Part shown: piece after piece, positions 10,895 through 22,158 of the stretch
Numbering within the stretch: the stretch's first letter is position 1
Layout of the letters: the number at the start of each line of letters is the position of its first letter
Assembly: GCF_006345805.1 (NCBI RefSeq)
Contig: NC_042997.1
Location: 85,870,001-85,934,000, forward strand
DNA length: 64,000 nt
Reading direction: 5' to 3'
Source of the DNA: Octopus sinensis
Lineage: Eukaryota
Made by a program: the position numbers and the translations under genes
The notes under the pieces: model-generated
What the model was told of the DNA's origin: nothing
The model's database searches: none
What the model saw: only the letters and a program-made list of their open reading frames with translations

Positions 10895-11165
10895 ATTATT
10901 CATGATGTGCATGAATGTTTTACATTCCGATTCAATGTCCTTGTTACCAGGTCACTACCAGTTCCTTTAGACATCAAGAACCTTTCTTACAATCCTTGCT
11001 GTTCCCAACAGAGCATATTTCTGAATCAGTGCCACTCTTGTAGTTACATTAATCTCAATAAGGGAGCTGCTTAAGTCTGTTGGTGGCAGTGCCCTATGAC
11101 ACCTATAGTAACTAGGATTACTTTTGCAGAAACTCTCTATAGCTTCTATTATAGTTATTATTATG
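10895..11165 (-). mobile_element. 3' fragment of an R4/Dong-like (RLE-endonuclease) non-LTR retrotransposon
   Basis: Minus strand reads AKVILVTIGVIG(fs)ALPPTDLSSSLIEINVTTRVALIQKYALLGTARIVRKVLDV* with the stop at 10967-10969. The QK.ALLGTARI.RKVL ending is typical of R4/Dong ORFs. (TAA)n lies at both ends. Confidence 0.7.
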
Positions 11166-11394
11166 AAGTGAGAGAGCAGCGCATGCTATCAAAGTGACGC
11201 TGGGGTACAAATATATGAAATGCAATATATCCATCAGACTACGTGTTCGATAAGGGTACACCAGGCACATGCATCACAACCATATGTGTGCAACATAGTG
11301 AACTCATACCAAGAAAAACAACACATGACCTTGCAGATGGGACTCAGAATTGCCTTCAGGTCAAGAAGCCCATCCTATTCAAAAGGATCCTGGG

Positions 11395-11600
11395 TGAGCT
11401 GGCAAAGTCATTAGCCTGCTGACAAAATGCTTAGCAGTATTTTGCCTGTCACTACATTCTGAGTTCAAATTTCACCGAGGTCAACTTTGCTTTTCCTCCT
11501 TTCAGGGTCAATAAATTAAGTACCAGTTGCATACTGTGGTCGGTCAAATCGACTGCTCCCCTCCCCCAAAATTTCAGACCTTGTGCCTATAGTAGAAGGG
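11395..11600 (+). mobile_element. tRNA-derived SINE, family B
   Basis: gagctggcaaagtcattagc..aaatgcttagcagtattt..ttctgagttcaaatt..gaggtcaactttgc..tcaataaattaagtaccag. Further copies lie at about 10790, 15105, 15340, 22660, 44280, 52100 and 56710 (+) and 10590, 24400 and 61610 (-). Confidence 0.75.
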
Positions 11601-12529
11601 ATTATTATTATTATTATTATTATTTAATGCTCCTTATTGAAAGCACATCAGTTCACTTGCATTTACCATGCTCCTGGTCGTTTTTGATTTTTTATGTTTT
11701 TTGTAGTACGTTTGATGAGTATAGATTACTAAACACCTCCTTCAAACCTTTTCTATTTTATGGTGTAAAGGATTTTATAAATGATCCTCTACAACCCTCT
11801 TAAGTGTGCAGCATAGCTGATTCTGAGACAGTGGGAAAATGTGAAAAAGAGCAAGCAAGAGAGAGAGAGAGAGAGAGATCATTAACATCATCATTTTAAT
11901 ATCCACTTTTCTCTGCTTGCATTGGTCAAATGAAACTCACCACAGATTTTTGTGCAGCTGAGTACTCTCTCAATCACTAACCTTCACCTGTTTCCCAGTA
12001 AGGTAATATTCCTCTCTTCCTTTGAACAGAAAAGCTCAGTAATTGGACATGGCTTCACAGATGATTGTAAACAAATTACACTATTTCTCTGATGTTAAAT
12101 CTGTTTACAATTAGCACGCACATCTGAAGATAGGGAGAATATATGAAACACGTGCATATACGTATACATACTTATAATTTGAAACCAGTATTTTAATATT
12201 ATGAGAAAACATGAGTGAAAGCAAAATAGAAAGTAAATAAACAAGCATGAGATATGAGATATTTAATATATGAGAAAATTGAGATGTTAAATGAATGAAT
12301 GAATGTGTATTACTAAAAGAGTAAATGTGGAGGGAATATTAAATAAATGAGCAAATGTGTGATATTAAATCAATTAGTATGGTTAAGAAGTTTGCTTCCC
12401 AACCACATGGTTTCAGGTTCAGTCCCAAGTGTCTTCTACTATAACCCCAGCCTTGTGAGCTGATTTGGTTGACAGAAACTAAAAGAAGCTTGTGTGTGTG
12501 TGTGTACCTCTTTGTCCTGACTTAGTGTC

Positions 12530-14515
12530 ATCATCATCATTGTTTAACGTCCATTGACATGGGTTGGACGGTTTCACTGTGGACTGGCAAGCCATGAGGC
12601 TGCACCAGGCTAAAATCTGATCTTGCAAGATTGCTAGAGCTGGATGCCCTTCCTAACGCCAACCACTCCAAGAGTGTAGTGGGTGCTTTTTTACATGTCA
12701 CCAGCATGGGGGCCAGTCAAGTGGTACTGGCATCAACCACACTCAAAAGGTGCCTTTTACGTGCCACTGGCATGGGAGCTAGTCAGGTGGCACTGGCATC
12801 AACCATGCTCAAATGGTGCTTTTTACATCTTGCCGGTACTGGCATCGGCCAGGCTTGAATGGTGCTTTTTATATACTACCAGCATGGGTGCCAGTCAGGT
12901 GGAACTGGCATCGGCCACAACTATAATTTCATTTGATTCAACAGGTGTTTTCAAGCACAGCATATTGCCCAATGATTGAAGGGTACATTTAAATGGGCCA
13001 GTTATGCGACACTGGCATCAGCCACAGCTACAGTCTCACTTTGCTTGCTGGGTCTTCTCAAACACAGCATGTCTACCTGAAGGGATTTGTGATCCTACAT
13101 ACGAAGACTTTAGTTTTTGCTAGATTGACTTCAATTCTAGACCTTGCTTCCATCCTTGAATTTTCTCTCAAGTTCTGGTAGTGACTCAGCTATTAGAGCA
13201 AAGTCATCAGTATAGAGGAGCTCCCAGAGGCAGCCTGTCTCTAATTCCTTGGTTATTGCCTGGAGGACTATGATGAATAAGAAGAGGCTGAGGACTGAGC
13301 CTTGGTGAACCCCTACTTCTACCCGGAATTCTTCACTATACTTGTTGCCAACCCTCACCTTACTGACAGCATCCGTGTACATGGCTTGTACAGCTCTCAC
13401 CAACCACTCATCTATCCCTAGTTTCCTCATTGACCACCAGATAAGCAATGAGGGCCCTGTCAAAGACTTTCTCCATGTCAATGAAAGCCAAGTACAGAGG
13501 TTTATCTTTGGCTAGGAATTTCTCCTGCAGCTGTCTTACCAGAAATATAACATCAGTGGTGCTTCTCCCTGGCACAAACCCAAACTGCATCTTGTCTAAA
13601 TTAACTCTCTCCCTAATTAGTTGGGTTATGACCCTCTCTGTGACTTTCATCACCTGATCCAACAACTTGATACCTCTGTAATTATTCATATCTAATGCAT
13701 CACCTTTACCTTTGTAGCAGTTGACTATGGTGCTGCTACACCAGTCATTGGGTATTACTCCATGTACAACCTGGTTGACTATACAGGTGATTAGACTATA
13801 GCTTACATCGCCAGAATATTTTAAGTATTTCAGCAGTGATTCATGATGGGCTGAGGGCTTTCCCTGTCTTTGTACCCTTAATTGCTTTATCTACCAAGAT
13901 AGTGTCAATTTGAATAGCTGGTCAACATTTGGCAGACTCTCTTTCTCTCATTTATTCTCTTCATTTAGCAACCTTTCATAGTGGCGTCTCCAAGTCTCTC
14001 TCTTTGCAGTATCATTAAATGCAAGTGAGCCATCATCTATATGGACACATTTCTCTCCCATGGCATCATGATTCTCTCTCACACACTATCTTGCAATACA
14101 AAACACTTCAAGTCTCTGGTCCTCATGACGCAGAACATTGGCAAATTTTTTCTAATCTGCTTCCCCTCTGGTTAAATAAACCTGTCTTCTAGCTTCCCTT
14201 CTGACAATCTGATACAGTTCCTTGCTACCACTACACTTCCAGTCCTTCCATTCTTCTTTCTTTTCCCTATGGCCTTGTCAACTACATTGTTCCACCACCA
14301 CATTACCTTAGGGTAAGAGGAGACTTTGCACTAACCACAGATCTGGTCAGTAGCCCTCAACAGGTTGTCCTATAGGAATCTCCAGTTGTCCTCCACATTA
14401 TGTGATGCTATATCCTCCTCTTTTTGCCAAAGGCTTCAAGTAATACATCTCTAAATCTCTGTCCATTCAGAGGATCCTTAAGTGTGTTACTTATAAATGA
14501 ATATCACCATCATAC
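12530..14515 (-). mobile_element. RTE-clade LINE, 5'-truncated and decayed, with internal deletion, 3' UTR tandem array and (GAT)n tail
   Basis: CYKGKGDALDMNNYRGIKLLDQVMKVTERV..MQFGFVPGRSTTDVIFLVRQLQEK..AFIDMEKVFDR..GVHQGSVLSLFLFIIVL..LLYTDDFALIAES. The tail catcatcat is at 12531-12540. Confidence 0.9.
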
Positions 14516-17019
14516 AAGCTGTGTAATTTGTTTCCAATCTTGTGGCAACACATCTAGTCATGAGGAAATATTACTTTGCTTGGAAACAAGTTAAGGTTAG
14601 CAACAGGAAGGGAATTCAACTGTAGAGAATCTGCCTTAAAGATACCTGTCTAACCCATAGTAAACACAAAAACGACAATGATGATGATGAACGTAGGATA
14701 TGAAATAGACGAACAAATGTGAGATATTAAACACTGATTTGAGGCTTTTCCGCTGCACTGAAAACCCTCATATTATTAACCATTTTAAATATTGATTTAT
14801 TTGAATGTCCATTATTAGATTAAAATCTTCTGTCAATTTTATACTGGAATCCTTTGTTAAGTTATATTCCAAACGTTATAATAATAATAAAAAAATGTCT
14901 ATGATTGATCATTTCCCAAATTATTTGAAATACACAAGCAGTGTACTCATTTGAAATATGGTCACTAAAATGTTAGTATTAGAGCTTAATAATAAAAAAT
15001 AAAAATAAAAACTGCTATTGCACAGGACTGATTTTTTTCATCTCTTTTCAACAGCCATCAGTTTTTTGATCTGCACTATATTATTATTATTTATAACCTC
15101 ATAAAGCAGCAAGCTGGTTGAATGATTAGCATGCTAGAGAAAGTGTTTAGTGGCATTTCTTCTGGGTTTGCATTCTGAGTTCAAATGACACCAAGGTAGC
15201 CTTCCAGCCTTTTGGAGTTGCTTGAATAATTACAACTGGAGATGATGTAATGAACATGCTCCCCTCCCATCAAAATTTCTGGCCTTGTGCCAAAATTAGA
15301 AAGAATTATTTATATCTTATATGGTGGCAAGCAGGCAGAACCATTAGCACATTGGAGAAAATGCTTAGCAGCATTTCTTCTAGCTCTTTATGTTCTGAGT
15401 TAAAATACTGCCAAGGTCAACTTCACCTTTCATCTTTCAGTGGTTGATAAAATAAAGCACCAATCAATTAGTGTGGTCAGTGTAATCAACTTAAAGTTGC
15501 TGGTCTTGTACCAAAATTAGAAAGCAATATATCATGTCAGAAAATTCATTCATTCTTGGAGTTCTATATAAAATACTCAGTTTGTTTTTATCTTTCACAC
15601 GTAATCTGTGAGAAGCCCTTCAACACTGATACCTGATTTGGATATAGCAGTCAAGTTTTCCTTAAATAAAACCCTAATGATAGCCATATTTTGATTGTCT
15701 TTAAAAATACATCTGTTCGATTAAGTAAGTCCTGGAATTGAAATAATATACACTAACAACAATATATATTTGCCCACAAAGGAGTTCTGATGTGGTCACT
15801 TGACTTGCAAGATAAAGCAACCAAATCTCCCTCAAATCATGGCCTACTAACTTAAAAAAGAAGGGCACAGTGGACATACAAAACTGATGGCCTGGTCATG
15901 TCTAGAACGTATTTGTTTATGAGTCTGCTTGATCAGGGTGGGTAGATTTGAGTTCAAACAACGACATTATTCACTTTCATAATTAAAAATAATTTTAGCT
16001 AATGGAAATTACTCAAATGGGTCAATAGCATGAATCTGAATAAATAACTTTATTATTAGTTACAATTCCTGTAGCACTCAATTTCTAATACCATTTCACG
16101 TAAATGATTTCATAAAGTCTAGCATCAAGTCGTGTGCTCTTATATTTCTCTTTGTAAAATTTATACACTGCTTTCATTAATGATGTACATGGAGTTTCTG
16201 TACCAGTGGACTTCAAATTTTTCTTAACATTCTCATGCAGGAGTGCAGATGGTCAGGTTGAGTACTGCTTTGGGTATATACCAATTCTTATTCTGTCAGG
16301 ATCTACACTGTGTGTGCATGCATGCGTACTTCCTTTAGTTTCTGTCTATGAAATTACCTTGCAAGGCATTGGTCAGCCTGGAGCCATAGTAGAAGACACT
16401 AACCCAAGATGTTGTACTGTGGTTCTGACTCTTGAACTATGTGGTTAAGTAGCAAACTTCTTCTTAGCTATACAGATCTGCTTGTCAAAACGAATAACTA
16501 GCATTGCAACATCTCCACGTACCAAACACCATTTGTAAATGTTGCTGGAAATTAGTTTAACTAATGCAGGTGTGTAAAAACATTTGTATTGTAGTAGTAC
16601 TGATTGCCCTGTTTTCATTTCATGTTGCTGCTAATTTGCATTGACAAAAACATGCATAATAGCAGAAACAATTGCATGATTTGACTTCTAGTTTGTACTT
16701 GCACATCTGACTGTTCTTTATTCAAATTCTTTTGAATAAAATCAAACAATTTCAAGTCTTTACGCTGAACTTAATAGTTAGGAAGTTAATAGTGTCTATT
16801 TTTATTCCCCCCTATTTTGTAAAGTGCAATAAATTTTTTGTTTTCTCTTTCATTCAGTTTTTAATTTCTCACTGATCATACAAGCGCAATAACAATAACA
16901 ACAACATTTTCTACTACAAAGCTTACAATATATATCAAAAAAATAAACAATGGTATTTTACATTTCTGTCTAAAAATAATTTCGTTTTGATGTTAGACTG
17001 ATTTCTCAATAACTTCATT

Positions 17020-17657
17020 GCTCTTTTCTATTCCCTCCATTTTTTGTCTCTGCTCATTATTATCTTTCACAGTATTTTACTTACCCTTTCTTTTTGCTCT
17101 TTCTCTATCTACATCTCTCTCACTCCCTTTTTCTCCTTCTCTCTTTCATTCCCCCTCTCTCACTCTCTCTCTTCCACTTTTTCATTTACTCTTTTCAAAT
17201 TTCTTTTAACTCCCTCACTTGCACCCCCTTTCTTTCTCCTCTCTTTCTCTCTCCTACTCTCTCACAAGTTCACTTTCTTTTCTTTCATCTTTTTTTACTC
17301 CTTATCAACCTCTGTAACTTTCTTGCTTTTCTTCTTAGCCAGTCTGTTTCTGTCTCTTTATTGCTTCCTCCATCTCACTCTTTCTTTTCTTTTAGTCTAT
17401 TTTTTAGTCTCTCTTTCTCTTTCACTTGTTCTTTCTTCTATTTCTTCTTCAATTTTACTCTACTGTTTTACATTTTTCTCTCACTCACTCTCTCCTCTTT
17501 CTTTTCACCTCTTGCTCTCTTTTTATTTTGTTATTTTCCTGTATTTTACATTCACTCCCATAAACTCACTCTTCATCTCTCTCTCTCTCTCTCTGTCTGT
17601 CTCTCCCTCTCTCAATTTCCATCCATCTATCAGTCTATTTGTTTGTCTGTCTGTCTG

Positions 17658-17703
<46 letters not shown>

Positions 17704-17735
17704 CCTCAATTTCCATTCATCCATCCATCAAATTA

Positions 17736-17766
<31 letters not shown>

Positions 17767-17774
17767 GTAACTAT

Positions 17775-17828
<54 letters not shown>

Positions 17829-18020
17829 CTCAATTTTCATCCATCCATCTATCCATCTACCTATCCTCCCTCTCTGTTTCCTTACTGTTCTACTCTCCCT
17901 TCCCCCACTCTTAGCTTGTTATTTACAGTTCTCTATTTTTTTTATTTTCTTTCACCTTCACTCAATGGTTTTTATCTATCTATCTCTAATTTTCTTTTCC
18001 TGCTGTCTATCAATAAGAAT
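17020..18020. repeat. About 1-kb polypyrimidine low-complexity tract with (CT)n, (CTGT)n and (ATCT)n
   Basis: Direct reading. It is the source of the 332-aa and 326-aa L/S/F ORFs. Confidence 0.9.
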
Positions 18021-18358
18021 TCCTCAAAGATTAAACTGTTAATATTTAACATTAATTCATCTTTTAAAATATAAAACATCTAGCTTAACATCATTATCAT
18101 TAAAAAAATAAAGAAATCATCATAATCATCATCATCATCATTATCATATATTTATTTATTTATCAAAAATATATTCTGTTTCCTGAGACGCATGCTCAGT
18201 GGGATCTCTAAAAGTGGTCTGCATTAGATGTCCATTTATAACCCATTTATTGTTATATGAACAAAACAATATCTTACACACTACACGCTGCTATCCTGTT
18301 CATCTATTTACGAAGAAAATCACAGCATTATTTGATATTAGTTGAGCAACACGACATC

Positions 18359-18359
<1 letters not shown>

Positions 18360-18394
<35 letters not shown>

Positions 18395-18760
18395 TGTATG
18401 TATGTAGGTATGTATGTATGTATGTATGTGTGAGTGTGTGAGTGTGTGTGTGCATGCAGAGAGAAAGATGGACATGGATAGATATATAGATATATAGATT
18501 TACACACACATTTATGTATGCACACACACACACACATACATTCAAAATGTGTGTGTGTGTGTATGTGAGAGAGAGAGAGAGAGAGAGAGATGAATAGATA
18601 TGTATAGATATAATATATAGATTTATACACACACACACACACACATGTATGTATGTAAGCATGCATACATTCATGCATGCAATCAGAGAAATACACAGAT
18701 AGGTATAGATATATAAATTTACATACACATATGCATACATACGCACACAATGTACACACA
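18360..18760. repeat. Compound (TATG)n/(TG)n/(GA)n/(CA)n microsatellites
   Basis: Direct reading. Confidence 0.9.
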
Positions 18761-19232
18761 CATCAGTTCATTAGTTCCTTTGTTTTATTTCCCCCACACT
18801 AGCATGATTTAGATGAATACTTATTATGAGGGAGTGTTTTTTTAATTGGATGCCCATCTAGGTTTTAAAGAAAGGAATTCTTGCTTTCATTCCACATATC
18901 TTTGAAAGTACACACCTAATATATGATTTCTTGACAGTTCTAAAAGGCCAAAGTAAATCAGTCTATTGCCAACATATGTTTTGTTGTAGAAATGAGAGTA
19001 AAAGTATTCAATGCATTTTAGAAGATTCATTTGTTTGTTTTAAAAGGCAGGCAGCTCATACCATTGCTTCAATGTCTTTCTTCTTAAGTGCAAGCCCTTT
19101 TTGCTGTTTTAAGGATTGCATATAGTTGTGCCTTGGGCAAGTGTCTTCTACTAATGGCCCCAGGTATGTCAAAGCATTGTGAATGGATTTGGTAGGAAGA
19201 AACTGAAAGAAATCTATCATATAAATGTATAA

Positions 19233-19264
<32 letters not shown>

Positions 19265-21369
19265 GTTAACATCAATTTTCCATACTCATATAGGTTGGAT
19301 GGTTTGGCAGGAACTAGCAAGCCAGAAGACTGTGCCAAGCCCTACTGTTTACATTGGCAGTGTTTCTATGACTGGATGTCTTTCCTAGTGCCAACCACTT
19401 TACAGAATGTAATTGGGTGCTATTTACATGGAATCCAACAATAGCAAAGTCACCTAGTAATTAGCATGATATGACCTCTTCACCTGAAAGAAGAATTGTA
19501 TTGGGAGAGGTGGGTTTATGCTAGACATTGAGAGATATGATAGAGGGATAGGAATAGGTGTCTTGATGTAGAGGATGGTTACTTTGGTTGGAAAAGGAAT
19601 GGGAGAAAGAAGATTGTGAAGATTATGTGTTGGGGCAACCCCTCAAGTTACAGGAATGGAACAGGATTGGATAGGGTGAGTGAGCTGGTGTATCCATGAG
19701 AATGCAAAAGGAGAGTAGAAGATGTACGGGAGGGGAGGATGCTTTGAGTGAATGCAGGTGGAGGGAGGAAGTGTAAGGAAGAGATGGTATGAGGAAGTGG
19801 GAAAGAGATTCATCAGGGACAGATAGTGCACTGGTAAGTTTGCAAACGTGTGTGTCCTTGTCTTGCCATTGTGTGATTGTTGTAAAGGGATATTATTCAT
19901 TTCCAGTATTCTGCAAAAATGTTTGGTTATGAGGAAATTATTACCTTTCTTGGAAACAGGTTAGGGGTGGTGACAGAGTTAGCATCTGACTTAGGAAATA
20001 TTTGTCTCAATAAACTCCCTCAAGCAAACAGAAAAGTGGACACTGGAACTATGATGACAATGATATATGTGTATCTATTGATGACAATGATATGTGTGTT
20101 TGTATACACACACACACACACACACACACATCCTTTCAAGTTTTCTCTGAAGGCAGACACTCATCAAAATGTTGGATTTTCCACTCCTAACAGCAAATTC
20201 ACTAAATTTTTTATCGATTTTTACTCCATAATATAAGTCTTACCAATGCAGACCAACACCAACCTCGTTGGAGTGTGTTTGATCATATATATATAAATCT
20301 TTGTCATTTTAATGTCCACTTTTCCATGCTTGCATGGGTTGAACTGAATTTATTAGGACAGATTTTCTGTGGCCAGGTGCCCTTCCTGTCAAAAACCTCA
20401 CCTGTTTCCAAACAAACCAATATCTCTTCATGGGCAGATATGTTCTTACAGAATATTGAAAATTAATGACATTGCTTGTATGACAGTGACACCCATTTAG
20501 AAGTATTACACAACATCAAGACAAAGAGTCACAAACATACACATTCACAAACATATGCAACAGGCCTCCTGAGAAGATGCTGGTAAAGATGTAGAATAGA
20601 TAAGCACCAGATCAGTGCTCAGACCAGTCCTGATGTTTTCAACTCCACCATCCTTAATGATGGGGAAAATATTTCAATGGAACAAGAATTGGTTATAAGA
20701 AACACAGGAGTTAAGTGAATTATAATAAAAATGATAGACAACAAACAAATTGTTACATATAGCATCAAATCATTTATAAAGATGTTACATAAGCCTAAAT
20801 GTAGATAAGAAAATAATAGATAGTCCTTGATAGATCTTTACAGCTGTTTCAAAAATTCAGTGACTGGTTGAGGCAATTATTGCATAAGCTATCAATGACT
20901 AGGTTTTTTTTTCCTTAATTCTTATTTGTAATTTATGTTTATGTAACATCATTATAAATTATTTGATGCCATATATAACTGCTTGTCTATCTTTTATCTC
21001 TTTGCTTTAGATATATATATAATCACACACACACACATATTTGAGTGATATATGTGTGTTTCATCTTTTACTGTATGGTTTTGTATCATTTACTTAGATC
21101 ATCTATACAGTCTTATATGTTAGAATTTAATGCGAAAATAATTGCATTGTAAAACAACCATAAATTCTTTGTTCTCTTTCATGTTCTTGAATGAAGCCAT
21201 TGTTCCATTGCTTGTGTTAAAGTTGTTTCTACTATCAAAATTTGATGCATTGTGTTCAGTGTCTTGCATATGATATATTTGTTACATATTTTATTTACTG
21301 CAGCCACTCTTCCATCAAATTCAGGGTTGCTACAATTAAATCTGAAGTTAATTTCCCTTTTAAGAATGT

Positions 21370-21800
21370 TAACAATGAGATGCTGAGTGGGAATTCAGAT
21401 TACATAGAGCAGGGGATAATAGAGGAAAGCTCAACAGAGCATTGAACCTTCTCGAGGAGGTGACTAGAAAGGCAGTAGTTAAATTTGAACAATGCAGATC
21501 AACCAAAGAACTTCCTCAAAACAAAGAATAGTGAAGTATTCTAGAAATATGTGCATTTTGATATTGAGTACCATCAGCTCATACCTAATCGAGCAGACCC
21601 ATATATCAAAGACATTCCAGCTGTGGTCATCCTCCAGCTCTTACTACATTATCAGAAGTTTCTTTCTTTTCTAAGGTAATAGTGACTAGAAGATCCTCTG
21701 TGCAATCCCCACATGGGTCTGATGACTTCATTCTATGCTGACGCTTTTACTATTGAAAATTCAGATGCATGATCTTTACCACAGCTGGCACCAAATTGCA
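21370..21800 (+). pseudogene. Possible highly decayed LINE RT fragment
   Basis: Scattered frames give LHRAGDNRGKLNRALNLLEEVTRKAVVKFEQCRS, DIPAVVILQLLLHY and GLMTSFYADAFTI, loosely ordered like RT motifs (G.RGK.., G.PQG..L.PLL, YADD). Weak. Confidence 0.3.
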
Positions 21801-21938
21801 TCAGGTGAATTTTTACTTGCAATGCTGCAATGCAACTTCAAGCAAAACCTCCCCTGATCTTGGTACTTACCTGCTTCCCAAATGCATTAGGCTCTTACTT
21901 CTGCATCACCTTTTACTATTTTTCCAATCATGCCTTAA

Positions 21939-22158
21939 ACCTTTAGCATTCAAATTACTCTGTTAAATGTGATGCTTACTTATTCACATTGTTTTGTATT
22001 AATCATGCATTCTCTCATAGCTTTGAAATTTCAACAATGTAATGGTTTAGTTTTAGAATGGCATTGTAGGACAGGTGAGACAGGTTGGATCTGGCTGGTT
22101 TGAAAATAAAACAGGTAAAGTGTTTGGGCTGGATATGGCCAGTTTAAATGCTAAAGGG
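21939..22158. mobile_element. TTAA-flanked (piggyBac-type) MITE
   Basis: ttaa|acctttagcattcaaa ... tttaaatgctaaaggg|ttaa. TTAA at 21935-21938 and 22159-22162. An inverted homolog lies at 34949-35170. Confidence 0.75.

Noticed and set aside
17044-18074. 332-aa and 326-aa hydrophobic ORFs
   Set aside because: Stop-poor polypyrimidine low-complexity DNA with no domain signal.
20135-20200. ctgaagg..aaaatgttgg, vaguely like an HHR (CTGAAGA..GAAACGTT)
   Set aside because: Several core positions are wrong and there is no convincing stem II.
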